From: a virus
Lineage: Duplodnaviria > Caudoviricetes
Strand: one strand, 5' to 3'
Virus record (IMG/VR): IMGVR_UViG_651703099_000001
Coordinates: 8,333-72,332 of that record
Length of the DNA: 64,000 bases
Made by a program: the position numbers and the translations under genes. The notes beneath the pieces were generated by a model. That model had not been told where the DNA came from. It was given only the letters and a program-made list of their open reading frames with translations, and did not search any database. Positions 35,106-44,143 of the stretch are shown one piece after another. Within the stretch, counting starts at the first letter, position 1; the number at the start of each line of letters is the position of its first letter.

Positions 35106-36807
35106 GGATCTGGCTGTAGGTGTCGTCGCCTTCGCGACCTTTGAGGATGGAAGAGGTTGGGTGGTTGATGCGGATGACAGACTTCTCGATGAAGCCCCTG
35201 ATCCCTTCAACTGACGAGGTCCGCTCGTTCCAGTAAGCCTGACGGCCACGGGTCTTGGCGTGCCACAGCTCAAGGTTACCAGTCGACACACGCTGGCCGT
35301 TGTCGTCATCGTTCTTCTCCTTGCGGAGAATCCAGACGGCGTGGGAGATATGGGCGATGGCATCGGTGCCCCGAATCTGGTCCAGGCCAGGGGCCTGCTT
35401 GGCGGACAATGAATCCATGCCTACACGGTTCATCTGGGCCAGGGCCACCAGGTCGATGTCCAGTTCCTTGGCGGCGGTCATCAGCTTATAGGCACGCTCC
35501 TCAAGCATGGTTGCCTCGTTGCTGGGCGCCCCCTTGTGGCGAGCCAGGCAGTGGAAGTGATCCAGGACTACCAGGCGCAGCTCGGGGTTGCGGGCCTTCA
35601 TGGATCGCATGGAGCTGACAACCGCGTCAACATCCGCACCCCAGGGAGCCTCCACGAGCAGCTTGCCTCCACTGGCTTGCAACTGTGCGGCGGCATTGGC
35701 AATACGGCCAGTGATCTCATCCTTCTTGGCTTCAGGCGGAGCCATGATCGAACCAGAGAAGATCATGTCCTGCTGGCAGGTTGCGGTTTGTGCTGTGACG
35801 GATGACCACAGGCGGGCGTAGATACTGCCTTCGTCAAGCTCCGCTGAGATGAAGCCAACTGTGACGCCACCCAGGGCGGCGGCTGCGGCGATCTGTACAC
35901 CTACCTGGGTCTTACCATCGCCAGTACGACCGCAGAGGGTGAATACTCGGCCGCCACCCAGATCGTCTGGACGCAACCCGCCTTCCATATCGATGTCTAG
36001 GGCAAGAATCCCAGTCGATACAGGCTTCACGCTGGCGTCGGTATTCCAGATCTTGTCGATAAAACCTGCGCGGCCCTCGCTGGCGTACAGATCATCGGTC
36101 ATATCTCGATAATTGCCCTGCTGGCCAACAGATCCGCGGAGCAGGCCCAGGCACTCCATGGAGCGCTGCTGGAGGAACTCAATGTTCTTCTCTAGCTTGG
36201 AGTCGGCGCGTGTCACCTGTTCGGCAACGTGCAGGGTCTCTTTGTACATCGCCTTTACACGCTGTTTGCGCAGGAGGTCCAGGGCGGTGTTCCACTCGGA
36301 CTCTTCGGCCCCGTAAGTCTTCATGGTCTCCTTGAGACCCAGCGTTGTGGCCGTCTTGCTCAGCTCTGACAAGGGCACCTGATTGAACTGGCTAGCCCCG
36401 ATGAGGTCGGTGTGCATCGAGATGATAGCCGCTACCGAAATCACCTCGAAGTCGGCATCGCCCAGGAAGATCTTGTCGACGTAACAACCGATGGAGCGAA
36501 ACACCCTGGTGGACCAGAAGTACTCTGGGAACGGCTGGCCATGACCGACGCCGATGGCAGCACGCAGCTCTGACCACAAGTGGCGAGCAACTCCACTGGG
36601 AGATGACAGGACACGGCAAAGAACGATCGCCTCCTGGTCTTTGGTGTCGTCCATTTTGGCCGTGGTGGTCGGCTGCAGCTTCTCGATCAGGCGGGCGGTG
36701 CCCATTGCCGTTTCGACGGCCTCCTTGTTGCAGCCCGTGATCTTGCCGCCTTCGGCCTGGAGTAGGCCCAGGTCGACGGCTTTCTGGATGTAGTGGGGGA
36801 AGTTCAT
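35086..36807 (-). CDS. dnaB: DnaB-like replicative helicase
   Basis: Walker A GRTGDGKT, FISAEL, LVVLDHFH, LAQMNR, IRGTDAI; ATGA overlap with the upstream gene. Confidence 0.88.
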   Translation of the reverse strand: MNFPHYIQKAVDLGLLQAEGGKITGCNKEAVETAMGTARLIEKLQPTTTAKMDDTKDQEAIVLCRVLSSPSGVARHLWSELRAAIGVGHGQPFPEYFWSTRVFRSIGCYVDKIFLGDADFEVISVAAIISMHTDLIGASQFNQVPLSELSKTATTLGLKETMKTYGAEESEWNTALDLLRKQRVKAMYKETLHVAEQVTRADSKLEKNIEFLQQRSMECLGLLRGSVGQQGNYRDMTDDLYASEGRAGFIDKIWNTDASVKPVSTGILALDIDMEGGLRPDDLGGGRVFTLCGRTGDGKTQVGVQIAAAAALGGVTVGFISAELDEGSIYARLWSSVTAQTATCQQDMIFSGSIMAPPEAKKDEITGRIANAAAQLQASGGKLLVEAPWGADVDAVVSSMRSMKARNPELRLVVLDHFHCLARHKGAPSNEATMLEERAYKLMTAAKELDIDLVALAQMNRVGMDSLSAKQAPGLDQIRGTDAIAHISHAVWILRKEKNDDDNGQRVSTGNLELWHAKTRGRQAYWNERTSSVEGIRGFIEKSVIRINHPTSSILKGREGDDTYSQIHEKAAF

Positions 36808-37883
36808 GCGTGCTCCTTCTGGTACCAAGTGTAAGAGTCGACGAGAGGGGTCTCGCGCCATTTGGGTGAGATCATGTTACGAGGATCGACAAAGTCACGA
36901 GGAGTGAGCTGCTGGCCAATATACCCCTCGAAGCACTTGCCAAGAAAGTCCTCGTAACTTTCCGCAACACCGAGCTTGGTTTTTGCCATCTGGATCATGC
37001 TGAGCACAACCCTGTCGGCCCTACAGGATGCCCATCCCTCCTTGCGCGTCTTGTCCCAGGCGTCCGCGATTTCGTTGAACTCTTCAGTCGTCCGCTTTGC
37101 CTCCTCGGCCTGGGCCGCCTCGACCTCGTCCATCTTGCGGAACTCCTCCTCTTGGCGGCGGCGGATCGCTTCCACGTTGGCAGCACCACGCTGTTCCTTG
37201 CGCTCGATGGTCAGGCCGCTCTTGTAGAGCTTCTCGACGTTGAAGAATTTCTTGTCATCGAGGTTCGCACCGAACCCGAATACCTTGGTGGCGTTCATGT
37301 CCTTACTGCTCCACCAGTCGTCAGCACCGGCACCGCGGAGCACTGCGCCGATGAAGGCGTCGTAGTCGTCGCGGTCAATGCCCAGGCGCTTGCTCTGGGT
37401 GTCGATGGCGATAAGGAGCGGCTTGTTCAGAGAGCCATCGAGCTGCAAGTAGCTCTCGGGCTTGTGCTTGTTCCATGCTTCCTTGATCCGCTCCCAGCGA
37501 TCCTTCTCGGTCAGGCCAGTGGGCTTGCGCTTTGGCTGCTCTTCAATCTCGGTCGCAATCAGCTTGGCCTTCGGCTGCTCTGGCACATACTCGACCAGCT
37601 CGGTGTCCTCATCGCCAGAGAACGGCCAAAGCTCGAAGTTGCCATCAGCAAGGCGGACGACACCCTGCTGCTCCCAAACCTTGATGTACTTTCGCCAGGT
37701 GCTGTAGGGGCGTCCAACCCTCTCGCAGTAGGCCTCTTGGCTCTTGAAGCTGAACCCTGCATACGAGTACAGCTCGATCAGGGCGTTCCAGGCGGCCGAG
37801 TGAGTGCGGCCAGCCTTGTGGCGGGCAACGTCGTTCGCCACCTGGGCGTAGTCGCCAGAGAGCTGGCGTCTGAGAATCTCCAT
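36804..37883 (-). CDS. putative replication initiator
   Basis: YAQVAN plus a winged-helix-like N-terminus; upstream of the helicase and next to the iterons; start MEILRR after TGATATACTG (37918-37909). Confidence 0.65.
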   Translation of the reverse strand: MEILRRQLSGDYAQVANDVARHKAGRTHSAAWNALIELYSYAGFSFKSQEAYCERVGRPYSTWRKYIKVWEQQGVVRLADGNFELWPFSGDEDTELVEYVPEQPKAKLIATEIEEQPKRKPTGLTEKDRWERIKEAWNKHKPESYLQLDGSLNKPLLIAIDTQSKRLGIDRDDYDAFIGAVLRGAGADDWWSSKDMNATKVFGFGANLDDKKFFNVEKLYKSGLTIERKEQRGAANVEAIRRRQEEEFRKMDEVEAAQAEEAKRTTEEFNEIADAWDKTRKEGWASCRADRVVLSMIQMAKTKLGVAESYEDFLGKCFEGYIGQQLTPRDFVDPRNMISPKWRETPLVDSYTWYQKEHA

Positions 37884-37923
37884 GATTGGAATCCTTGGGG
37901 GGCTTTTCCAGTATATCAGGTTA

Positions 37924-38040
37924 TGCCCAGCCAGTGGGCATGTCCACTCACTGGGCATGTCCAGCCAGTGGGCACCTCTTATGCCCACTCAGTGGACAGT
38001 CCCTCTATATATATTAAAAACATATCTTTGAAAACATACT
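37924..38040. repeat. putative replication origin: four 17-bp palindromic iterons plus an AT-rich tract
   Basis: TGYCCA-N5-TGGRCA at 37924, 37941, 37958, 37982, then TATATATATTAAAAACATAT. Confidence 0.8.
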
Positions 38041-38382
38041 ATGAGGCTCAGCCATCAGGAAGCAGAAGCCAGGAGGCAGCTCTACGAGGAGGGCGGGAAG
38101 GCCATTGGAGAGCTCCTGTGCACCTACCCCGAGAAGGAGCCGCAGATCTGGAAGCTGGTCGCAGGTGCTGGCCTGTGGACCCGCAAGGACCTGGCGGCCT
38201 TCAAGTCCCTGTGGAGGAGGGACCATCCAGTCGAGTACAGCAGGATCAAGCAGGCCAGGTACGACCGCAAGCAACTTGCCCGACGGCGGGCCGCTAAACT
38301 GGAAAAAACACGGGAGGCCAGCAAGCCGCAGGCCATGCCCACCGAACGCAGACCTCGGAAAGACCTGAGGGACCGAAAGTGA
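38041..38382 (+). CDS. basic hypothetical protein
   Basis: First rightward ORF after the origin. Confidence 0.55.
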   Translation: MRLSHQEAEARRQLYEEGGKAIGELLCTYPEKEPQIWKLVAGAGLWTRKDLAAFKSLWRRDHPVEYSRIKQARYDRKQLARRRAAKLEKTREASKPQAMPTERRPRKDLRDRK

Positions 38383-38600
38383 GCCAACGACACACGAACA
38401 TCCTGCGCATGCTGGGCTCTGCTGGCCTTTGCGGTGCGTACCTGCTGATCACCTCGGGGTTGGTATGGCAAGGGGTGGTGCTGAACTCGATTTGCCAGTT
38501 CCTGCTCATGCCCTTTGCGATCCGCACGCGGTCGTGGGACTTCCTGGGCCTGTCTGGTTTCTTCCTCGGTTACAACCTGAAGTTCTTGCTCGGGTTCTGA
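38379..38600 (+). CDS. small membrane protein
   Basis: Hydrophobic; GTGA overlap. Confidence 0.55.
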   Translation: MSQRHTNILRMLGSAGLCGAYLLITSGLVWQGVVLNSICQFLLMPFAIRTRSWDFLGLSGFFLGYNLKFLLGF

Positions 38601-38637
38601 CCTGCTATACTGGGTGAGTACCTCTACGAGGAATCGT

Positions 38638-39342
38638 ATGGCTGACATCCCCCAACTGAAAGGTCTGGTCACCAAGGACATGGTGAAAACCATTGGCACG
38701 GGCCGTTACGCGGCCGAGTACGTGCCCTGGAGCAAGATTGCTGAGCTGATGCAAAAGCACGCGCCTGGCTGGATGCCTGAGTGTGTGCCGAACGCGGACG
38801 GAGACGTTCTGCACCGTGCACCTGTCGGCGGCTACTTGCAGATCCGCTTTGTGCACCTCGACGGAACCGCAACCCCTGCTTACCCGCAGGCAGTTCAGGA
38901 CAATCGCCACGCTGCCATCCCGTATGAGAAGATCACCGCTCGAGATCTGACCGATACCCAGCGTCGTGGCTGGTGCCTGGCTGCAGCCGCAGTTTTCGGT
39001 ATTGGCGTTGAACTCTGGACTCGCGACGCCCTCGAACAGGGCTACAGCAATGCTGAGTTCGCCGCAGAGACCCTCGAGGCTCCCAAGGCCCCTGCAGCGG
39101 CCCCAAAGGCTGCTCCTGCGGCCAAGAAGGCTGCACCGGAGACTACTGGTGGCACTTCTGAGGCGACTGAGGCCGCATTTCGCGAAGCCGCCCTTGCCAA
39201 GGGAGTCGACACCCGCGCCATCGACGCAATCGTCGCCAAGCTCGGCGGTAAGTGGGAGGCAGGTCTCAAGACCCTCGCAGCCAAGAGCGCAGAGGAGCTC
39301 AACGCCAAGTACGCCCCCGCAGAGGACGGCGAGCAGTGGTGA
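38638..39342 (+). CDS. Sak3/DUF1071-like ssDNA annealing protein
   Basis: YVPWS, VQDNRHAAI, DTQRRGWCLAAA..FGIGVELW; TGCTATACTG at 38603. Confidence 0.7.
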   Translation: MADIPQLKGLVTKDMVKTIGTGRYAAEYVPWSKIAELMQKHAPGWMPECVPNADGDVLHRAPVGGYLQIRFVHLDGTATPAYPQAVQDNRHAAIPYEKITARDLTDTQRRGWCLAAAAVFGIGVELWTRDALEQGYSNAEFAAETLEAPKAPAAAPKAAPAAKKAAPETTGGTSEATEAAFREAALAKGVDTRAIDAIVAKLGGKWEAGLKTLAAKSAEELNAKYAPAEDGEQW

Positions 39343-39408
39343 CCCATTAGAGAGCTTTATCCAGTTCTTCCAGGGCATAGAAATTGATTATCAGGAGGGT
39401 TCTGTCGC

Positions 39409-39438
39409 TTGACAGGCCCTCTTTTTTATTGGTATACT
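39409..39438 (+). promoter_or_regulatory. sigma70-type promoter TTGACA-18-TATACT embedded in a terminator hairpin
   Basis: TTGACA 39409-39414, TGG-TATACT 39430-39438; RBS GGAGGT 39460. Confidence 0.75.
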
Positions 39439-39471
39439 CGCAGAGTAATCAAACCTCATGGAGGTAACGCA

Positions 39472-40257
39472 ATGACCGATCCCATCACCGCCTGGCTCAA
39501 TAACGCTGCTCGCTACGAGCTTCTGACAGCAGAGCAGACCATTGAACTGGGCCGCAAGATTCAAGCCGCTGAGGAAGGCTCCCCTGAGCGCATCAAGCTG
39601 GTCAACAAGCTTTGTCAGCACAACCTGCGCCTGGTGGCCAAATTCACCCGCGCCTACATGAAGGGCGGCACCCGCAAGCTCACCTGGGGTGGCGACGAGA
39701 CCATGGACCTCCTGCAAGAGGGCTACTTCGGCCTCCGTCGTGCCGCCAACAAGTTTGACCCCGAGCGCGGCTACACCTTTGCTACCTATGCCAACGCCTG
39801 GGTTCGCCAGGCCCTCGGCAAGTATCATGTTGACAAGCTGAGCCTGATCCGAGTTCCCGAGTCGTCGGCCCGTGAGATCTTCTACTACGACGCTCATGGC
39901 AAGCCCCGCAACAGCAAAACCTCAGCATGGGTAGCAGACGCAGCCCGCGCTGCTCGAGCCGCTTATGGCCTGGTGTCTTATGACAACAAACTGGCCGACG
40001 AGGAGCATTCGGTAATCGACCTGCTCTCTGACGAAAACCGCGTCCATGACGGTAAGTGTGAGATTTCTTATGATCGCTACGACCAGCTCATGGAGGATGT
40101 CGGCATTGACGAAGCTACCCGTCGGGTGATCATCTCATACTGCAAGCGCGGTAATCTCGACACTGCGATGGCCAAGCACAAGGTCCCCCAGACCAGCAAG
40201 GCCCGCGCCCATATCCGCGGCGCTATTGCCCAGATCAAAGCCCACTGCGGCCAGTAA
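39472..40257 (+). CDS. RpoD-like sigma factor (regions 1.2 and 2 intact, 3 and 4 degenerate)
   Basis: LLTAEQTIEL, HNLRLVAK, DLLQEGYFGL, KFDPERGYTFATYANAWVRQAL, IRVP. Confidence 0.9.
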   Translation: MTDPITAWLNNAARYELLTAEQTIELGRKIQAAEEGSPERIKLVNKLCQHNLRLVAKFTRAYMKGGTRKLTWGGDETMDLLQEGYFGLRRAANKFDPERGYTFATYANAWVRQALGKYHVDKLSLIRVPESSAREIFYYDAHGKPRNSKTSAWVADAARAARAAYGLVSYDNKLADEEHSVIDLLSDENRVHDGKCEISYDRYDQLMEDVGIDEATRRVIISYCKRGNLDTAMAKHKVPQTSKARAHIRGAIAQIKAHCGQ

Positions 40258-40289
40258 ACTGTAAGTACACCTTTTCAAGGAACCGAACA

Positions 40290-40640
40290 ATGGCATCAAT
40301 TTCCCTCGCAGGAACCGTCACTGGCAAGCAGGGCGAAGCCCCTGTCTCTGTTAAGACTTTTGACAGCGGCGACTCCGTAGCCACCTTTTCTGTGGTCGAC
40401 CGTGAGTACGTCTACGCCAAGAAAGGCGAAGAAAGCCTCGGCCAGTTTTACAGGGTGGAGGTTCGCGGTAAAGCCGCCCAGATTGCCGCAGACCGCCTGG
40501 AGCGTGGTGACAAGGTGGCCGTACATGGCCAGCTCGTCCAACGTGAGTACAACGGCAAGATCTACCTCGACGTGAAGGGGGCCCGACTGACTTACCTCGA
40601 AGCACGAAAAGATACAGGTGGTGGCGACGAGCCCTTCTGA
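40290..40640 (+). CDS. ssb: single-stranded DNA-binding protein
   Basis: OB-fold pattern LERGDKVAVHGQL, acidic tail DEPF. Confidence 0.85.
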   Translation: MASISLAGTVTGKQGEAPVSVKTFDSGDSVATFSVVDREYVYAKKGEESLGQFYRVEVRGKAAQIAADRLERGDKVAVHGQLVQREYNGKIYLDVKGARLTYLEARKDTGGGDEPF

Positions 40641-40680
40641 TCTGCTATGCTAAGGGGGTCCCACGAGGCCCCCTTTTCTT

Positions 40681-41088
40681 ATGAAAACATGCAACTTTTG
40701 CGGACAAAGCAAAGCTCTGGATCTGTTCGCTGTCGACAAGCAGGCTAGGAGTGGAACCAAGTCATACTGCAAGTCCTGCGCGTCCGAAAAAAGCAAGGAG
40801 TGGAGGACAAGAAACCGTGCCAACGCACGCAAGCACAAGTGCGGCCAGCTTCGTCGGGATTACGGCATAACGCTTGAACAGTACGAAGAGATGGACCAAA
40901 AGCAGGGTGGCGTATGCTCGATCTGTTCCTCCCGCCCTGGGAGCCGCAGACTCTCCGTGGACCACTGCCATTCGACTGGAAAGGTTCGCGGTCTCTTGTG
41001 CAGCAACTGCAACACCGCCATTGGCCTGCTGGGCGATAACCGTGCTATACTGCAGGCTGCCATCACCTACCTGGAGGCACACTCATGA
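40681..41088 (+). CDS. endonuclease VII-like (homing) nuclease
   Basis: YGITLEQY, QGGVCSIC, VDHCHSTGKVRGLLCSNCN. Confidence 0.9.
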   Translation: MKTCNFCGQSKALDLFAVDKQARSGTKSYCKSCASEKSKEWRTRNRANARKHKCGQLRRDYGITLEQYEEMDQKQGGVCSICSSRPGSRRLSVDHCHSTGKVRGLLCSNCNTAIGLLGDNRAILQAAITYLEAHS

Positions 41089-41534
41089 ACCTACAAGAAG
41101 CCGAAATGGCTCCTGGCTACTGCGGTCTTCTTTTTGACGAGACCCCATTACTGACTCATGCGAATGTACGGGCTTTTGTTTGGCCGATCCTCCTTTATCG
41201 CGGGGCTGTACGGCCCACTGAGGTGGTTGCCTCCCTCACGTCGGTCTGCTCGGTCGAAGACCTTAAGACGGGCGCCTGGGACCCGTTCCTGGGTGATTAC
41301 GGTGACCGTAGCCGTGCGGAGCTCCTGGTTGATGAGGTTCTTGGCGAGATGGTTGGCGAGGGTCTTTGCCGCTACAACGAGGATCAGGACATCTGGGTTC
41401 TGACCCTGGGGGCCAACCGCCAGAACGTCCCTCACGTCATCAACGTGGTGACCGCGCTGGATGCTATGATGCCCCAGCACCTGCTGGCCGACCTTGCCAA
41501 GGAGGAGCGCGACCGTCTGCCTGTCCCTTTTTGA
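41085..41534 (+). CDS. hypothetical protein
   Basis: ATGA overlap; TGCTATACTG at 41043. Confidence 0.6.
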   Translation: MNLQEAEMAPGYCGLLFDETPLLTHANVRAFVWPILLYRGAVRPTEVVASLTSVCSVEDLKTGAWDPFLGDYGDRSRAELLVDEVLGEMVGEGLCRYNEDQDIWVLTLGANRQNVPHVINVVTALDAMMPQHLLADLAKEERDRLPVPF

Positions 41535-41542
41535 TTTCTTCC

Positions 41543-41848
41543 ATGACACAACAACACCCCACCACCCCACCGCCTGAGCTAGTGCAGCAGTGGATTGAGG
41601 AAGGGCCACCCCTGAGCCAACCCAAGCACGTAGCTCACTTCATTGCTGACCGCGCCGCCCAATGGGGCGCTGATCAGGAGCTGGAGGCTTGTTGCGAATG
41701 GATCCCGAAGGCGACACCTTGGGATGCTGAGCAACTCCGCGCCGCCCGCCGCCCCAAGCCCCCGAGCTTGAAGGAAAAACTGACAGAGGCGCTTTACAAC
41801 GAGAATATCGGTGAAGCGCTCAGACTTGTGGAGCAACTCGATGACTGA
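41543..41848 (+). CDS. conserved cyanophage hypothetical protein
   Basis: HP.TPPPELVQQW..AAQWGADQELEACCEW..RPKPPSLKE. Confidence 0.7.
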   Translation: MTQQHPTTPPPELVQQWIEEGPPLSQPKHVAHFIADRAAQWGADQELEACCEWIPKATPWDAEQLRAARRPKPPSLKEKLTEALYNENIGEALRLVEQLDD

Positions 41849-42044
41849 ACTTTCACCCGCCGCAATCGCAGTTGATGACGCCTTGGCTGCTTGCATTCAG
41901 CTTCAAGGCGAAATAGTACGGGCTCGCCCTCTCGCCGCCGCCGCCTTGCGGGCTGCTGCGGATCACGTTGACCACGACTGGTCAGGCTTTAACTGCGTTG
42001 ATGCTTTGTGCGAAATCGCCGCCGAGCTTGAAGCCAATGACTGA
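41841..42044 (+). CDS. conserved cyanophage hypothetical protein
   Basis: MTELSPAA..AAALRAAAD..IAAELE. Confidence 0.65.
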   Translation: MTELSPAAIAVDDALAACIQLQGEIVRARPLAAAALRAAADHVDHDWSGFNCVDALCEIAAELEAND

Positions 42045-42264
42045 TCGAAGCAACAAGCGTGTTCGTCGGGAGCGCTACCAGCGCAACCTCGAGCGCGACA
42101 TCCAGGACCATCAGGATCCGCCCTCTGGCGGCATGTACTGTGTGGTCGACAAGAAGACCAAGGAAAAGCACAAGGGCCTGAGCTTCAAGCAGGCTACGGC
42201 CCTGTGGAACACGCTGGAGAGTGCCATCATCCTCCAGGATGAGCATGTGAGGCGCAATGGGTAG
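42037..42264 (+). CDS. hypothetical protein
   Basis: Overlap-coupled ORF. Confidence 0.55.
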   Translation: MTDRSNKRVRRERYQRNLERDIQDHQDPPSGGMYCVVDKKTKEKHKGLSFKQATALWNTLESAIILQDEHVRRNG

Positions 42265-42520
42265 GTTTCTGAAGGACGGTGAGTTTAAGCCCAAGCCTTC
42301 GACCCTGAAGGCCAGCGAGCGCATGCAGCAATCGCCAACCCCATTGCCAATCTTCCGCCGTAACACCAACGTGGAGGTGTTTCTTGGCGCTGGCTGGGGC
42401 AAAGGCACCGTTGAGCATAGTGATAAGGTTCGTTGCGTGGTCTTCCTCAAGATTGGCCAACGGCGAGTAACCTGTTATGATGCTCGTAATATCCGCGAGT
42501 ACACCCCGAACAAAAAATGA
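42257..42520 (+). CDS. hypothetical protein (SH3-like pattern)
   Basis: Overlap-coupled ORF. Confidence 0.55.
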   Translation: MGRFLKDGEFKPKPSTLKASERMQQSPTPLPIFRRNTNVEVFLGAGWGKGTVEHSDKVRCVVFLKIGQRRVTCYDARNIREYTPNKK

Positions 42521-43128
42521 CCTACGACAGCATCAACCCCAATCACTACCGTGGTGACCGCAAGCACGAGCCCATCGACGTAATCGAGGACTGGGGCCTG
42601 AACTACCGCCTCGGCAACGCTGTGAAGTACGTCTCTCGCAACGGCCGCAAGCCTGGCGAGGATCCCATTGAGGGGCTCAAGAAAGCTATCTGGTACCTGG
42701 AGCGCGAGATCGAGGCTATCGAGGCCCAGAAGGTCCCCTACGCCGTTACCTACGAGGATGTACTGCAGGACTATGCCGCTTGCGCAGCCGAGGGCTACGA
42801 GTTCAATGCAGAGCGCTCCCTGGACAACCAGTACGCACTGTGGGACGACAGCGTGGGCCCCATAGAGCCCAATGCCGAGCTGGAGCAGATCCTATTTGGA
42901 TACCCAACCCCTGTGGTCCATGACTACATTGGGCAATCAGAGTGGGACGAGCCAGACCCTGAAGAGGCAGCCCTGCGCTATCCCTCCTGTGAGTTCGACG
43001 TAGACGAGCTGCACAAGGACCTCGATCAGTTCGAGAAGGACGAGATTGTCAGTACCTTTGAGCGTCGTGGCATCATCTTTGGCGTCGACAAGGAAGGCCG
43101 CACCTACATCCTCGGAGTAGCACAGTGA
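42517..43128 (+). CDS. DUF3310-family protein with an acidic extension
   Basis: INPNHY..EPIDVIE..GNAVKYVSR..LKKAIWYL. Confidence 0.85.
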   Translation: MTYDSINPNHYRGDRKHEPIDVIEDWGLNYRLGNAVKYVSRNGRKPGEDPIEGLKKAIWYLEREIEAIEAQKVPYAVTYEDVLQDYAACAAEGYEFNAERSLDNQYALWDDSVGPIEPNAELEQILFGYPTPVVHDYIGQSEWDEPDPEEAALRYPSCEFDVDELHKDLDQFEKDEIVSTFERRGIIFGVDKEGRTYILGVAQ

Positions 43129-43670
43129 GCACCGTAGCGATGTTCGGTTCCGCCAGGCCCAAGCCTGAAACGGAACTATACTACAACACCGTTCAAGCGG
43201 CTCGCCTGCTGGCTTCCAATGGCTGGACAATCGCCACAGGTGGTGGCCCTGGACTCATGGAGGCGGCTAACGTCGGAGCCAAGCTTGGGTGCGAGGGAAG
43301 CACCTGTTCGCTCGGATACTCAATTTACCTGCCATTCGAGTCCGAGACAAACGCAGCGGTGCAGCGTGACTCTCACCACGACAATTTCTTTACCAGACTC
43401 AAGCAGTTTACTGATGAGTGCGACGCTTTCATTGCTCTTCCTGGTGGCTATGGCACTATGCTGGAAATCCTGACGGTAATCCAGTTGCTACAGGTCCGTC
43501 ACATGGAGAAGAAGCCTCTGATCCTGGTCGGGAACATGTGGCACGACATCATGAACTACGCCTCGAATCGAATGTGGCGCGACCGCTTTATCAGTGACGA
43601 CGAACAGTTCTTCCATTGGAACGCTATGACACCAATGGACGCAGCCGAACGGCTGCTCAGGGCGACATGA
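43125..43670 (+). CDS. LOG/SLOG-family nucleotide phosphoribohydrolase-like protein
   Basis: FGSAR, TGGGPGLMEAAN, PGGYGTMLE. Confidence 0.9.
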   Translation: MSTVAMFGSARPKPETELYYNTVQAARLLASNGWTIATGGGPGLMEAANVGAKLGCEGSTCSLGYSIYLPFESETNAAVQRDSHHDNFFTRLKQFTDECDAFIALPGGYGTMLEILTVIQLLQVRHMEKKPLILVGNMWHDIMNYASNRMWRDRFISDDEQFFHWNAMTPMDAAERLLRAT

Positions 43671-43774
43671 CCTTCCTAGCTTTCACTGGCTTGACTCTGG
43701 GTACCGCTATTCTTAGTGGTGCCCTTTTTAGTGGCATCGTGCTGTTCATCACTTACTGGGAGACTCGCAAGTGA
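43667..43774 (+). CDS. 35-aa single-TM peptide
   Basis: ATGA/GTGA overlaps at both ends. Confidence 0.5.
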   Translation: MTFLAFTGLTLGTAILSGALFSGIVLFITYWETRK

Positions 43775-44142
43775 TCAGCCTGACCATTCACATGGTCCTG
43801 TTCTCGAAGGCTCGCCCCAGGGTCACCTCGAGGGGGACCTTCATGCCAAAGGACTACCAGGACAAGCGCAAGGAAATGTTGCGCCAGATCAAGGAGCAGT
43901 ACCAGGGCGAGCCGCTCGAGGGGCCCATCCGCTTGGAGTTGGACGTTTACGGCGAGGGCAGGGCCGATGCCGACAACATCATCGGCGCCTTCATGGACAC
44001 TGCCAACAAGGTGCTCTGGGTGGACGATCGCGTGTCGATCATTCCCGAGATCCAGGTGCGCTGGAAGAAGGCCGCCAGGGGCTCCTCTCGCTGGGAAGTT
44101 CGGATCTACCCACTAAACTGTGAGCAGGAACCGCTGTTCTAA
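43771..44142 (+). CDS. rusA: RusA-like Holliday junction resolvase
   Basis: KARPR, DADN..AFMD..LWVDD. Confidence 0.75.
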   Translation: MISLTIHMVLFSKARPRVTSRGTFMPKDYQDKRKEMLRQIKEQYQGEPLEGPIRLELDVYGEGRADADNIIGAFMDTANKVLWVDDRVSIIPEIQVRWKKAARGSSRWEVRIYPLNCEQEPLF

Positions 44143-44143
44143 C

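Noticed and set aside
37924-37998. 17-bp repeats as a CRISPR or mini-array
   Set aside because: The repeats abut with no unique spacers and no cas genes are present; they fit iterons
37152-38297. 381-aa plus-strand ORF
   Set aside because: Antisense shadow of the initiator gene running through the origin; no motifs
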